From: a bacterium | Lineage (GTDB): Bacteria > Hinthialibacterota > Hinthialibacteria > Hinthialibacterales > Hinthialibacteraceae | Direction: 5' to 3' | DNA: 64,000 nucleotides | Assembly (NCBI GenBank): GCA_963662285.2 | Contig: CAXXMV010000008.1 | Location: 32,001-96,000, forward strand | Shown here: in pieces, positions 48,063 through 56,961 of the stretch | How positions within the stretch are numbered: position 1 is the first letter of the stretch | Layout of the letters: each line of letters begins with the position of its first letter | Notes under the pieces: model-generated | The model's database searches: none | The model's input: the letters and a program-made list of their open reading frames with translations, nothing else | What the model was told of the DNA's origin: nothing | Made by a program: the position numbers and the translations under genes

Positions 48063-51000
48063 ACGATGCATCTCTGCACGCACCTTTGAAACGCCCATTT
48101 TTCACTCCCGGAGTGTTAGTATTAATCACACTCATGACCATAGGAGCATGCTTCGCAGCAGCACGATTCTTCTTTGGATTAGGAGCGATAACCAACTTGG
48201 ATAACCAACATCCCTGGGGCATTTGGATCGCGATCGACGTAGCATCCGGCGTTGCGCTAGCGGCGGGAGGCTTCACGACAGCGGCTTTGGTCTACGTATT
48301 CAACCACAAGCACTTTCATCAGATCGTCCGTCCCGCTCTCTTGACAGCTTTTTTAGGTTATCTCTTCGTATCGATCGGTTTGATGGCAGACCTGGGAAAG
48401 TATTACAACATTTGGCATCCCATGGTTTTCTGGCAAGGCAACTCAGTGCTGTTTGAAGTTGGCATTTGCGTAATGACCTATTTAACCGTCTTATCGATTG
48501 AATTCTTACCGACTGTGTTGGAAAGTGTTCGCCATCACATTAATCAGGGAAGTGCTTTGAAGCCATTTTTAGAATCGATGAAAAAGCCCGCCGACGTTCT
48601 ACATCAGAAATTGGAAAAAGTAATGCCTGCTTTTATACTGGCGGGTGTAGTACTATCATGCATGCATCAGTCGTCCCTTGGCGCCCTAATGTTAATCGCG
48701 CCGTCCAAACTCAATCCATTATGGTTTACACCCATCCTTCCTCTTCTATTTTTAACATCAGCGGTGATGGTGGGATTTCCCATGGTAATTTTCGAATCCC
48801 TTATTGCATCTCGTTCATTTCGCCGTAAACCTGAAATGGATGTTCTTTCTCCCCTCGCCCGTTTCATTCCATATTTATTGGGGATCTATTTGATTTTGAA
48901 AATGGGCGATCTGCTCATTCGTCAACCATGGTCATCCTTGCGTCTCGATACGGATAGCGTATCTTTTATTGTTGAGATCGTTATAGGCGTCGCAGTTCCC
49001 CTGATTCTATTAGTCATTTCCAAAACATACAAATCAACCACAGGACTCTTCGTTGCGTCGTCATTGATTTTATTCGGCGTGGTTCTCAATCGCATCAACG
49101 TCTTTCTTGTGGGCTACAATCCCCCTTATGCGGAAAAATCGTATTTCCCTTCAATAGGTGAAATCGTAATTACGGCTGGATTGATTTCAGCTATTCTCTT
49201 CTTTTACCGGTTATTCGTTACCTTGTTCCCCGTACTTCCAGCGAATCAACCTTCCAGCGCAGGTTCAAATAAAACGGATCCTTCGAAAAAACAGCGAGCG
49301 GGCGTCTTCTCATCAAATACAAAAAGCATAGCACTTTCCACATTCTTGCTAGCTCTTCTTCACTCCCTCCCGCTCTCTGTTTTTTCCGATTCCATAGAAA
49401 AAATAGATTCCATGCCCTCGCTATTGATCCTTGACCATTCATCAAACGAATGGAATGAAGATAGTTATGGAACCGTTCGGTTCATGCATAAAAAACACGC
49501 AGTTCTGGAGAGCGGAGACTGTACGGTTTGCCATCACCGTGCGCCGGTATCAGTAAATGACTACGTTGGACAATCCATCTCTCGCAACGATCTCTCCCAC
49601 ATCGAACCAGTCGCGTGCCGAACTTGTCATTCATCTCCCGCTCAACCAGACGCGATCTTACGCCCCGGACTAAAAGGCGCATTGCATCAACGATGCATCG
49701 ACTGTCACGTCGAGAGAGATTCGGGACCGCAGACGTGTATGTCCTGTCACCGGCGCAACGTTCCCAACCACCAATCCCTTATTTCACTTACGGACGCAAC
49801 GAAGCCCCAAGAGATCACTGCTCAGTGCCTTTCGTGTCATCCGGCTGTCGGCGAATCGGTCTTGCATTCCGCTCATTGGAAATGGGCCGGACTTTCTCCC
49901 AATACGCACGGGCATGAACATCGAAACGATCTAGGGAAAAAACAGGTCATTAACAATTACTGCATTCACGTAGGTTCGAACCTGGAACGCTGCACGATGT
50001 GTCACATCGGGTACGGCTGGAAAGACGACTCGTTCGATTTCAGCGATGCGGGAAATATCGACTGCTTAATTTGTCACGATACGACAGGAATGTATAAAAA
50101 AGCGCCTCCCGGAGCCGGTTATCCCGTGGAAGGAATCGATTTGAACACTGTCGCCAAGAACGTCGGCCATCCCGATAGGGATAATTGCGGCGCATGCCAT
50201 TTTTACGGCGGGGGCGGCGACGGCGTCAAGCATGGCGACATGGATTCTTCGTTAAGCCATCCGTCACCCGAATTAGACGTTCACATGGGAAAACTAGGAT
50301 TTCTCTGTCAGGACTGTCATGTGACGGAAAGCCATCAGATCGCTGGCGCCTGCCAGGCAATACCGGCGCAGGAGGGTCGGGTTTCTTGCGAGAATTGCCA
50401 CACGTCTAAACCACACAATGGTTCGAATTGGTTAAATCAGCACTTAAACGATCATTCGGAATCGTTAGCCTGCCAAACCTGCCATATCCCCCAATTCGCC
50501 CGAGGAAATCCCACCAAGATGGAATGGGATTGGTCGCAAGCCGGACAGGATAGACCGGAAGAAAACGATTCGCTTGGGAAACCTGGTTTTGCGAAGATGA
50601 AAGGTTCTTTTATTTGGGGAAAAAACGTATCCCCTTCCTATATCTGGGATAACGGTAAAAACGAACGATACGTATTAGGTGATCGAATTGCGGAAAATAG
50701 TATTACGGTATTGAATCGGCCCCTTGGCGATATCAGTGATCCCAAGGCCAGGATCGCGCCTTTCAAGATTCACAAAGCCACGCAAATCAGCGACGCTGTT
50801 CACAAATACCTTATTGTTCCCAATCTATGGAAAGGCTATTGGAAACACTACGATTGGGATCAGGCGTCTAAAGACGGCATGAAAAGCGTTGGTTTGGAAT
50901 ACTCTGGCAAATATGAGTTCGTACAGACGTCTATGTACTGGAAAATCAACCACCAAGTTGCGCCGAAGGAAAAAGCCCTATCCTGCTATCAGTGTCACGA

Positions 51001-51229
51001 ATCGTCTTCAACCTGCTTTTCCTGCCATAATTCATTATCGAATGAGCGCAAAGAACAAATGCTCAAAGTAGACGACGAACTTCATCTGAACGCGCAACAG
51101 ATGATAGAATTTCCCTTTGAGAAGTTAGGCTACAAGGGCGATCCCATTCATTCCTGTTCCAGGTCCAAGAAATTTGAAAAAGAACCAATATCCTTGCAGT
51201 TACTTGATAAAAGCGGCTGGGAAGAATAA
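48059..51229 (+). CDS. Fusion: NrfD/HybB quinol-interacting membrane domain + tetraheme cytochrome c3-like domain + octaheme tetrathionate-reductase (OTR)-like domain
   Basis: PWGIWI, LAAGGF, DLG, SVLFEV, HQSSLG; F.H..H + 4 CxxCH; HWKW..GKK..INNYC, GGGGDGVKHGD, CQTCHIP.FAR, PTKMEWDWS.AG, I.PFK.H, INHQVAPKE.AL.C; 13 CxxCH in total; ATGA overlap with the upstream gene. Confidence 0.85.
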   Translation: MNDASLHAPLKRPFFTPGVLVLITLMTIGACFAAARFFFGLGAITNLDNQHPWGIWIAIDVASGVALAAGGFTTAALVYVFNHKHFHQIVRPALLTAFLGYLFVSIGLMADLGKYYNIWHPMVFWQGNSVLFEVGICVMTYLTVLSIEFLPTVLESVRHHINQGSALKPFLESMKKPADVLHQKLEKVMPAFILAGVVLSCMHQSSLGALMLIAPSKLNPLWFTPILPLLFLTSAVMVGFPMVIFESLIASRSFRRKPEMDVLSPLARFIPYLLGIYLILKMGDLLIRQPWSSLRLDTDSVSFIVEIVIGVAVPLILLVISKTYKSTTGLFVASSLILFGVVLNRINVFLVGYNPPYAEKSYFPSIGEIVITAGLISAILFFYRLFVTLFPVLPANQPSSAGSNKTDPSKKQRAGVFSSNTKSIALSTFLLALLHSLPLSVFSDSIEKIDSMPSLLILDHSSNEWNEDSYGTVRFMHKKHAVLESGDCTVCHHRAPVSVNDYVGQSISRNDLSHIEPVACRTCHSSPAQPDAILRPGLKGALHQRCIDCHVERDSGPQTCMSCHRRNVPNHQSLISLTDATKPQEITAQCLSCHPAVGESVLHSAHWKWAGLSPNTHGHEHRNDLGKKQVINNYCIHVGSNLERCTMCHIGYGWKDDSFDFSDAGNIDCLICHDTTGMYKKAPPGAGYPVEGIDLNTVAKNVGHPDRDNCGACHFYGGGGDGVKHGDMDSSLSHPSPELDVHMGKLGFLCQDCHVTESHQIAGACQAIPAQEGRVSCENCHTSKPHNGSNWLNQHLNDHSESLACQTCHIPQFARGNPTKMEWDWSQAGQDRPEENDSLGKPGFAKMKGSFIWGKNVSPSYIWDNGKNERYVLGDRIAENSITVLNRPLGDISDPKARIAPFKIHKATQISDAVHKYLIVPNLWKGYWKHYDWDQASKDGMKSVGLEYSGKYEFVQTSMYWKINHQVAPKEKALSCYQCHESSSTCFSCHNSLSNERKEQMLKVDDELHLNAQQMIEFPFEKLGYKGDPIHSCSRSKKFEKEPISLQLLDKSGWEE

Positions 51230-51245
51230 GAAAGGTTTATCAATC

Positions 51246-52409
51246 ATGAATCACATCGTCATTCTCGGAGGTGGATTTGCCGGAATCGAAGCCGCCATTC
51301 AATTAAGAAAAAAGAGTCAAAATGTAACGTTGATTTCAAATCGGGAATTTCTCTTCATTTATCCTCTTTCGATCTGGATTCCCGTGAAGCTTCAAAAATA
51401 TGAAAAAACCTGTCTATCTTTGCGTGATGTAGCGGCTAAATACCAGTTTAACTTTGTCATCGGGGACGTACAGAGTATCGACGCGAAAAATTCCAAGGTG
51501 ATGCTGAGAGATTCGGACTTATCATACGACTACTTAGTCATTGCTCTTGGGGGGAAAAAATACCCTATAAACGGCATCGAACACACCCATTCCATAGCCG
51601 ACGAACCTGAAAAAAGTCTCATTCTGCAACAAGGCATTGACCGATTGATTCAACAAGGACATGGACGAATAGCAGTCGGTTTCGGTGGAAATCCACATGA
51701 TTCGTCCGCTGTTCGCGGAGGTCCCGCTTTTGAATTGATATTCAATATTCATCGCTACTTAAAAAAGCGTAATCTACTCGATAAATTCGAGTTAACTTTC
51801 TTTGCTCCCATGCAGAATCCAGGTATTCGTTTGGGTGAAAAGGCATCGATAGAAGTCTTTCGTATGTTAAACCGCTTGAATATTACTTGCCACTTTGGGA
51901 ATAAGATCCATTCGTTCTCTGAAAAAACCATTCAATTCGACAATGGAAAGATATTGGAATTCGATCTCATCACCTTTATATCAGCACGCAACGGTCACCC
52001 GGTATTACAAAACTCGGATATACCGTTATCGGCTGCGGGATTTATAAAAATTGACGACCATTGCCAAGTTATTGGTTTTCCCCGCGTCTATGCAATCGGT
52101 GACACCGCCGATTTGCAGGGGCCGGATTGGAAAGCCAAGCAAGGTCACCTTGCCGAAGCCATGGCGAAAACAGCCGCCCATAATATTGTTGGTCAGATCA
52201 ATAACAACCCTAGAACGAAACAATATTTAGATGATATATCCATTATCTGTCTGATGGATATGGGAAATAGTGGGGCGCTGGTATATCGAAACCATCACCG
52301 CCAATGGCTGATTCCCCTGCCCATTATTGGCCACTGGTTTAAGCGTTTGTGGGGAAAATATTACGTTTACTCGAAATTAGGACGCATTCCCAGAATTCCA
52401 GGTTTATAA
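51246..52409 (+). CDS. Sulfide:quinone oxidoreductase-like FAD-dependent oxidoreductase
   Basis: ILGGGFAG, YDYLVIALG, AVRGGPAFE, VYAIGD, KQGHLAE, ICLMD, GHW.K..W..Y amphipathic end. Confidence 0.75.
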   Translation: MNHIVILGGGFAGIEAAIQLRKKSQNVTLISNREFLFIYPLSIWIPVKLQKYEKTCLSLRDVAAKYQFNFVIGDVQSIDAKNSKVMLRDSDLSYDYLVIALGGKKYPINGIEHTHSIADEPEKSLILQQGIDRLIQQGHGRIAVGFGGNPHDSSAVRGGPAFELIFNIHRYLKKRNLLDKFELTFFAPMQNPGIRLGEKASIEVFRMLNRLNITCHFGNKIHSFSEKTIQFDNGKILEFDLITFISARNGHPVLQNSDIPLSAAGFIKIDDHCQVIGFPRVYAIGDTADLQGPDWKAKQGHLAEAMAKTAAHNIVGQINNNPRTKQYLDDISIICLMDMGNSGALVYRNHHRQWLIPLPIIGHWFKRLWGKYYVYSKLGRIPRIPGL

Positions 52410-52745
52410 CAAGATAAACGTATTCATGCTAAAATTAAATACTGACCGATTGGAATCCAACCCAAGTATCTCTAAAACAAAAGGCATTCCCCCGCAAAAT
52501 TCCATACTCAAAGTAAAAGGAGATGCGACTGTTGAGATTGTGGTGGAGAACTGGAAGGATTTGGTTGAGTAATAACGATACAGTTATATTCAAAAATCCA
52601 CTTCTCCTGATTCAGATCATCCGGGTTTTGTGAATTATCTAATATTTATTTTCAAAACCCTTTTTTTTATTTTAAATATCCCTCCACCCATTCACGTATC
52701 ATAATCATATATTAAATTTTTACCTAAAAAGGAGATGGAGAGAAA

Positions 52746-53429
52746 ATGTATAAATCAATAATTATTGGATGTTTAGCATTAGTAGTTGTTGCGACAGGCG
52801 CATTTGCCGGAGATTTATTGCTTCGCGGCGAGGTCGATATTCCCAATCAAGTGCAGATTGAATTCAGCATTCCTCTGGACGTGCTTGACGCAATCAAAAC
52901 CTCCGGCTTGAGCGCTATGGTAGATGATAAGGGCAAACTCAACCAACTGGTTGATTCCTTAATCGGAGACCTCGCCTCAATGAAAGGCCACAACCTTCTA
53001 GAAATCAACATGGATGGACATGGCATTGCGATTGCAGTGGATGAAGTGGATAAGGATAATCCCGAAGAAGCCAATTTCATCCAATTGAACATTGATCCAA
53101 CAGGAGATAACGAGCCGGAAATCAACCTTTGCATCCCTAAAGGAATCCTCTTCCTGGGCGCATTCATCGGCAACCAATTCGTCGAGAAGCATGGTGAAGA
53201 ATTCATGGACATGATCAAGCAGCAGATGATGATGAATTGCAAACCTCCCGCCGCTCCACAAGGCGGCATGGGTGAATGCAAAGATAAAAAATGCCCCAAA
53301 GATAATGACGATGGCGATGATGACGAAGATGACGATGATGATGAAATTCAGGAAAAGATTAAGAAAGATGTAAATCCCGAAAAAATCATCAAAGAAATCC
53401 TGCGCGAAGTCTTAAAAGAACTCAATTAA
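52746..53429 (+). CDS. Secreted hypothetical protein with Asp-rich tract
   Basis: AAGGAG RBS, signal peptide ending AFA, DNDDGDDDEDDDDDE. Confidence 0.7.
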   Translation: MYKSIIIGCLALVVVATGAFAGDLLLRGEVDIPNQVQIEFSIPLDVLDAIKTSGLSAMVDDKGKLNQLVDSLIGDLASMKGHNLLEINMDGHGIAIAVDEVDKDNPEEANFIQLNIDPTGDNEPEINLCIPKGILFLGAFIGNQFVEKHGEEFMDMIKQQMMMNCKPPAAPQGGMGECKDKKCPKDNDDGDDDEDDDDDEIQEKIKKDVNPEKIIKEILREVLKELN

Positions 53430-53457
53430 GTCAAACACAATTGTATAACTGATTACT

Positions 53458-53505
53458 AATGAAGGATGAACCGGGTAACGCCTGGTTCATCCTTCATTTT
53501 GTTTT
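53458..53505. terminator. Terminator between convergent genes
   Basis: AATGAAGGATGAACC-gggtaacgcct-GGTTCATCCTTCATT-ttgtttt. Confidence 0.75.
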
Positions 53506-53518
53506 GAAGAGACAATTA

Positions 53519-54058
53519 TTACGTTGTTCTGGATTGAATGAATCTTGAGCAGAAATACTTATACGATTGGTTCTTGCTGACGGCAATATCATCTTTGAAG
53601 CATTTTAATAGTTCCAACTTGAAATCTATAAGGGAATCATATTTTTTGGGCTTAATTTCCTTAAAAGTATCTTTGAAAATGTTATCTGTATTGTCAAAAA
53701 AAGGAATTTTATTTCTCTTTGAATCAGCTTGATTAATCCCCGCTAAATACCAACTCTCGATCTCTTTACAGACCACTATGATTCGATCAGACGTCAAATA
53801 ATCTTTCTTATTGATAATTTTATCTTTTTTACTGGTGATGCATGGTTCATAATCTAAATCAGCCAGGAAAAGATAATCAGCCTTCATTTTTTTTATAATT
53901 CTTATAAAAAATTCCTTTATCTTATCCTTTTTCATTTTACTATATTTTATGATAGAGATCGACTGATATCTCGATTCTAATTTATTTTTGATTATTCGAT
54001 CAACAAACCGCTCATCATCATCGCCTTCCACCCAGATAAAGAGTCGTTTTGAACTCAT
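53519..54058 (-). CDS. TOPRIM-like nuclease partner (DUF4276/DUF4435/RloB-like) of the ABC ATPase
   Basis: FIWVEGDDDERF, LADLD, KEIESWYL; ATG 54058, 1 nt after the ATPase stop. Confidence 0.75.
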   Translation of the reverse strand: MSSKRLFIWVEGDDDERFVDRIIKNKLESRYQSISIIKYSKMKKDKIKEFFIRIIKKMKADYLFLADLDYEPCITSKKDKIINKKDYLTSDRIIVVCKEIESWYLAGINQADSKRNKIPFFDNTDNIFKDTFKEIKPKKYDSLIDFKLELLKCFKDDIAVSKNQSYKYFCSRFIQSRTT

Positions 54059-54059
54059 T

Positions 54060-55268
54060 CTACACCCCCCATAAATCATCAGTATGGATTTCTCCCAATC
54101 CGATATCATTTTCCAGGAAATGATGCAGGTCTTCAATTTCCGACGGACAAGTTACATTGCTATAACCATCCTTCCCCCTTGATACCAATAACAGATCATT
54201 GATATCGGCATATTTAACCAATTCAGGATTATGGGTTGTAATCAAAATCTGTTTGTTTTCAGATGCATCTTTCATAAAACTCATCAGTTTTGACATGAGT
54301 TTGGGATGCATATTCCGTTCAGGTTCTTCAATTACGGTAAAACCATTTTTGCTGAAATACAGCGCAACTATCAAAGCCGCTATATTTATTGTTCCATCAG
54401 AAACCAATGAAGCAGGCATAAATTCTTTCTTAAAATAGTTTTCCTTTAATGTAAACAACAGAGATTGGTCAGCAAATTTCTCAACCCCCACATCTTCAAC
54501 AAATGGTAAGATATCATTGATGAGATTAGAAAATTTACGTTTTTTCTCCTTATCTCCAAACAAATGTTTCATGACTAAAGCAATATTACTTCCATCTTCC
54601 TCTAAATCTATTTTCCCTGATATCGGCGCTGCCTTCTTAGGTAACTTTGGATCAATGTCATAAAATGAGATATTATTCAGAAAATCTACTGAACCCAATA
54701 TAAAAAGAGTAACTCTTAAGAAAGTATCAGGTGAATATATACTATTTAAAATATTGAAAGGTGGATAATCAGCAATTGGAATATCATTATCATTTGAATC
54801 TTTTATATCTGAATTTATTTTAATTTTTTTTGAATCAGGAATCAATTCAATATACCCTCTACCAAGGATATTTTTATCATTAGACCAACGTTCACAATTC
54901 AACTTAATAAATTCTTGTTGTATAAAACAGCCTTTTTTTGTGAATTTAATTGAAAGATTATACTCGCAACTTTTAATATGAATCCAAATATTTTTTACTT
55001 TTATGTTCTTTTCAAAAATATACTCAAAAGAAATATCCAAATTTTCACTTGCGCCGATATTTATACTTCTTAAATACTCCACCCCACCTTGCATAGAGAC
55101 AGCGTTTTCCAATCCATGATTTGTTAAATCACGCAGGAATTTAAATATCTGAATAAAATTTGTCTTACCAGAAGCATTAGCCCCTACCAGCATGTTAAAT
55201 TTATTGAGACGGATATCTATATCCTTAAAACTTTTGAAATTGGATGCTTTAATTCTGGTAACAACCAT
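54060..55268 (-). CDS. ABC-type (AAA_15/AAA_21, OLD/AriA-like) ATPase
   Basis: NFKSF, GANASGKTN Walker A, VSDGT signature, VIEEPE Walker B, TTHN; very AT-rich. Confidence 0.88.
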   Translation of the reverse strand: MVVTRIKASNFKSFKDIDIRLNKFNMLVGANASGKTNFIQIFKFLRDLTNHGLENAVSMQGGVEYLRSINIGASENLDISFEYIFEKNIKVKNIWIHIKSCEYNLSIKFTKKGCFIQQEFIKLNCERWSNDKNILGRGYIELIPDSKKIKINSDIKDSNDNDIPIADYPPFNILNSIYSPDTFLRVTLFILGSVDFLNNISFYDIDPKLPKKAAPISGKIDLEEDGSNIALVMKHLFGDKEKKRKFSNLINDILPFVEDVGVEKFADQSLLFTLKENYFKKEFMPASLVSDGTINIAALIVALYFSKNGFTVIEEPERNMHPKLMSKLMSFMKDASENKQILITTHNPELVKYADINDLLLVSRGKDGYSNVTCPSEIEDLHHFLENDIGLGEIHTDDLWGV

Positions 55269-55393
55269 GATATTTCCCCATAGTATTTATTATTGAACCA
55301 TTCTAAGTCATACATTATTTTAAGTCTACAGAAGGCGCCCACCCACCGTGCATTGGCTTGGTTGATTATGTATAATAGAGTGGGAGAAAAATT

Positions 55394-56950
55394 ATGACGC
55401 TAACTAAACATACCAAAAAAAACTTACTGAACCGGCGTGATGCGCTGAAGATGGGACTCGGCGCATCGGCTTTGACGGCGCTGCCGCTGCAATCAATCGC
55501 CAAGAGCGACCAGCAGGGCGGACGTCCTAATATCCTCTTTCTAATGGCTGATCAATTCCGCGGCGACTGCCTGGGGGCTGATGGTCATCCGGTTATCAAG
55601 ACTCCCAACCTGGACCGCATCGCCGCTCAGGGAGTGCGATTCCGCTGCGCTTATTCTTCTACGCCTTCCTGCACTCCAGCGCGGGCGGCGCTTTTGACCG
55701 GATTATCACCCTGGAACCATGGCATGTTGGGATATTCCAAAGTGGCTGAAGAGTATCCCTTCGAGAAGCCGCGCGTAATGGCTCAAGCCGGGTATCACAC
55801 CATGTGCATCGGAAAGAATCATTATCATCCCCAGCGCAATTATCATGGATACCAATCGGCTTTGCTGGATGAATCAGGCCGGGAGCAATCCGTCGATTTC
55901 CGCAGCGATTACCATTCATGGTTCTATTCAATGGCGCCCAATATGAATCCCGACGCTACCGGCATCGGTTGGAACGATTACCGCGCCAAACCTTACGCGC
56001 TGCCGGAGAATTTGCATCCCACCCATTGGACGGGTTCATGCGCCGTGCGCTTTCTTAATAACTATAATCAACCCAAGCCATTTATGCTCAAGGTATCTTT
56101 CGCCCGTCCCCACAGCCCCTACGATCCACCTGAGCGCTTTAATAAACTATACGAGAACGCCGATATCCCCGAAGCCCATGTCGGCAAGTGGGCGGAGCGT
56201 TACGCGGAACCGAGCGGCGACAATTTCACCATCTGGCATGGCGACAAAGGTAAAGAACAAGTACGCCGTTCGCGTCAAGCTTATTATGGTTCGATTTCGT
56301 TTATCGATGAGTGGATCGGTCATATCATGGGAGCATTGGAAGAGAATGGTTTCCTGGAAAACACCTTGGTCATCTTTCTGGCTGATCACGGCGATATGAC
56401 CGGCGATCATAATATGTGGAGAAAAACCTACGCCTACGAGCCATCCGCCCGCATTCCCATGCTGCTGCGCTGGCCCTCAAGCCTTCTCTCCGCTAAACGG
56501 GGACAGGTGCTGAGCCAGCCGGTTGAGTTGCGCGATGTTCTGCCGACATTCCTGGACGCCGCATCAATTCCCGCGCCGGATCATTTGGATGGCAAAAGCC
56601 TGCTGCAACTGGTGCGCGGCGAAACCAGCGATTGGCGTAAATACATAGATTTAGAACATGACCTCTGTTACAGTAAAACCAATCACTGGACGGGGCTGAC
56701 AGATGGACATCACAAATACATCTTTCACGCCTTCGATGGAGAGGAACAACTGTTTGATCTGGATAATGATCCACATGAACTCAATGATCTTTCTTCCGAT
56801 GCAGGCTCTCAAACCACGTTGCTTAAGTGGAGAAAACGGATGATCGATCATTTAGCAGTAAGAGGCGATAAATGGGTGAAAAACGGCAAGTTAGCACTAC
56901 GCCCCGATCGTATGCTGCATTCGCCGAATTATCCCCAAACAAAATCATAA
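55394..56950 (+). CDS. Arylsulfatase, Tat-exported
   Basis: NRRDAL; LMADQ, CTPAR, GKNH, RPHSPYDP, ADHGD. Confidence 0.92.
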   Translation: MTLTKHTKKNLLNRRDALKMGLGASALTALPLQSIAKSDQQGGRPNILFLMADQFRGDCLGADGHPVIKTPNLDRIAAQGVRFRCAYSSTPSCTPARAALLTGLSPWNHGMLGYSKVAEEYPFEKPRVMAQAGYHTMCIGKNHYHPQRNYHGYQSALLDESGREQSVDFRSDYHSWFYSMAPNMNPDATGIGWNDYRAKPYALPENLHPTHWTGSCAVRFLNNYNQPKPFMLKVSFARPHSPYDPPERFNKLYENADIPEAHVGKWAERYAEPSGDNFTIWHGDKGKEQVRRSRQAYYGSISFIDEWIGHIMGALEENGFLENTLVIFLADHGDMTGDHNMWRKTYAYEPSARIPMLLRWPSSLLSAKRGQVLSQPVELRDVLPTFLDAASIPAPDHLDGKSLLQLVRGETSDWRKYIDLEHDLCYSKTNHWTGLTDGHHKYIFHAFDGEEQLFDLDNDPHELNDLSSDAGSQTTLLKWRKRMIDHLAVRGDKWVKNGKLALRPDRMLHSPNYPQTKS

Positions 56951-56961
56951 GGATGACTGCG

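Noticed and set aside
47142-49230. Hydrogenase-2 (hybAB) operon
   Set aside because: No NiFe large or small subunit or maturation genes; the HybA/HybB-like modules are linked to multiheme domains instead
52426-52572. 48-aa ORF ending VVENWKDLVE, reminiscent of the VENW tail
   Set aside because: No RBS or signal peptide, W is at -6 rather than -4, and T at -9 is absent; probably chance or a gene remnant
53300-53345. GAT/GAC trinucleotide-like run
   Set aside because: Encodes an imperfect Asp-rich linker in frame; not a phase-variable or array repeat
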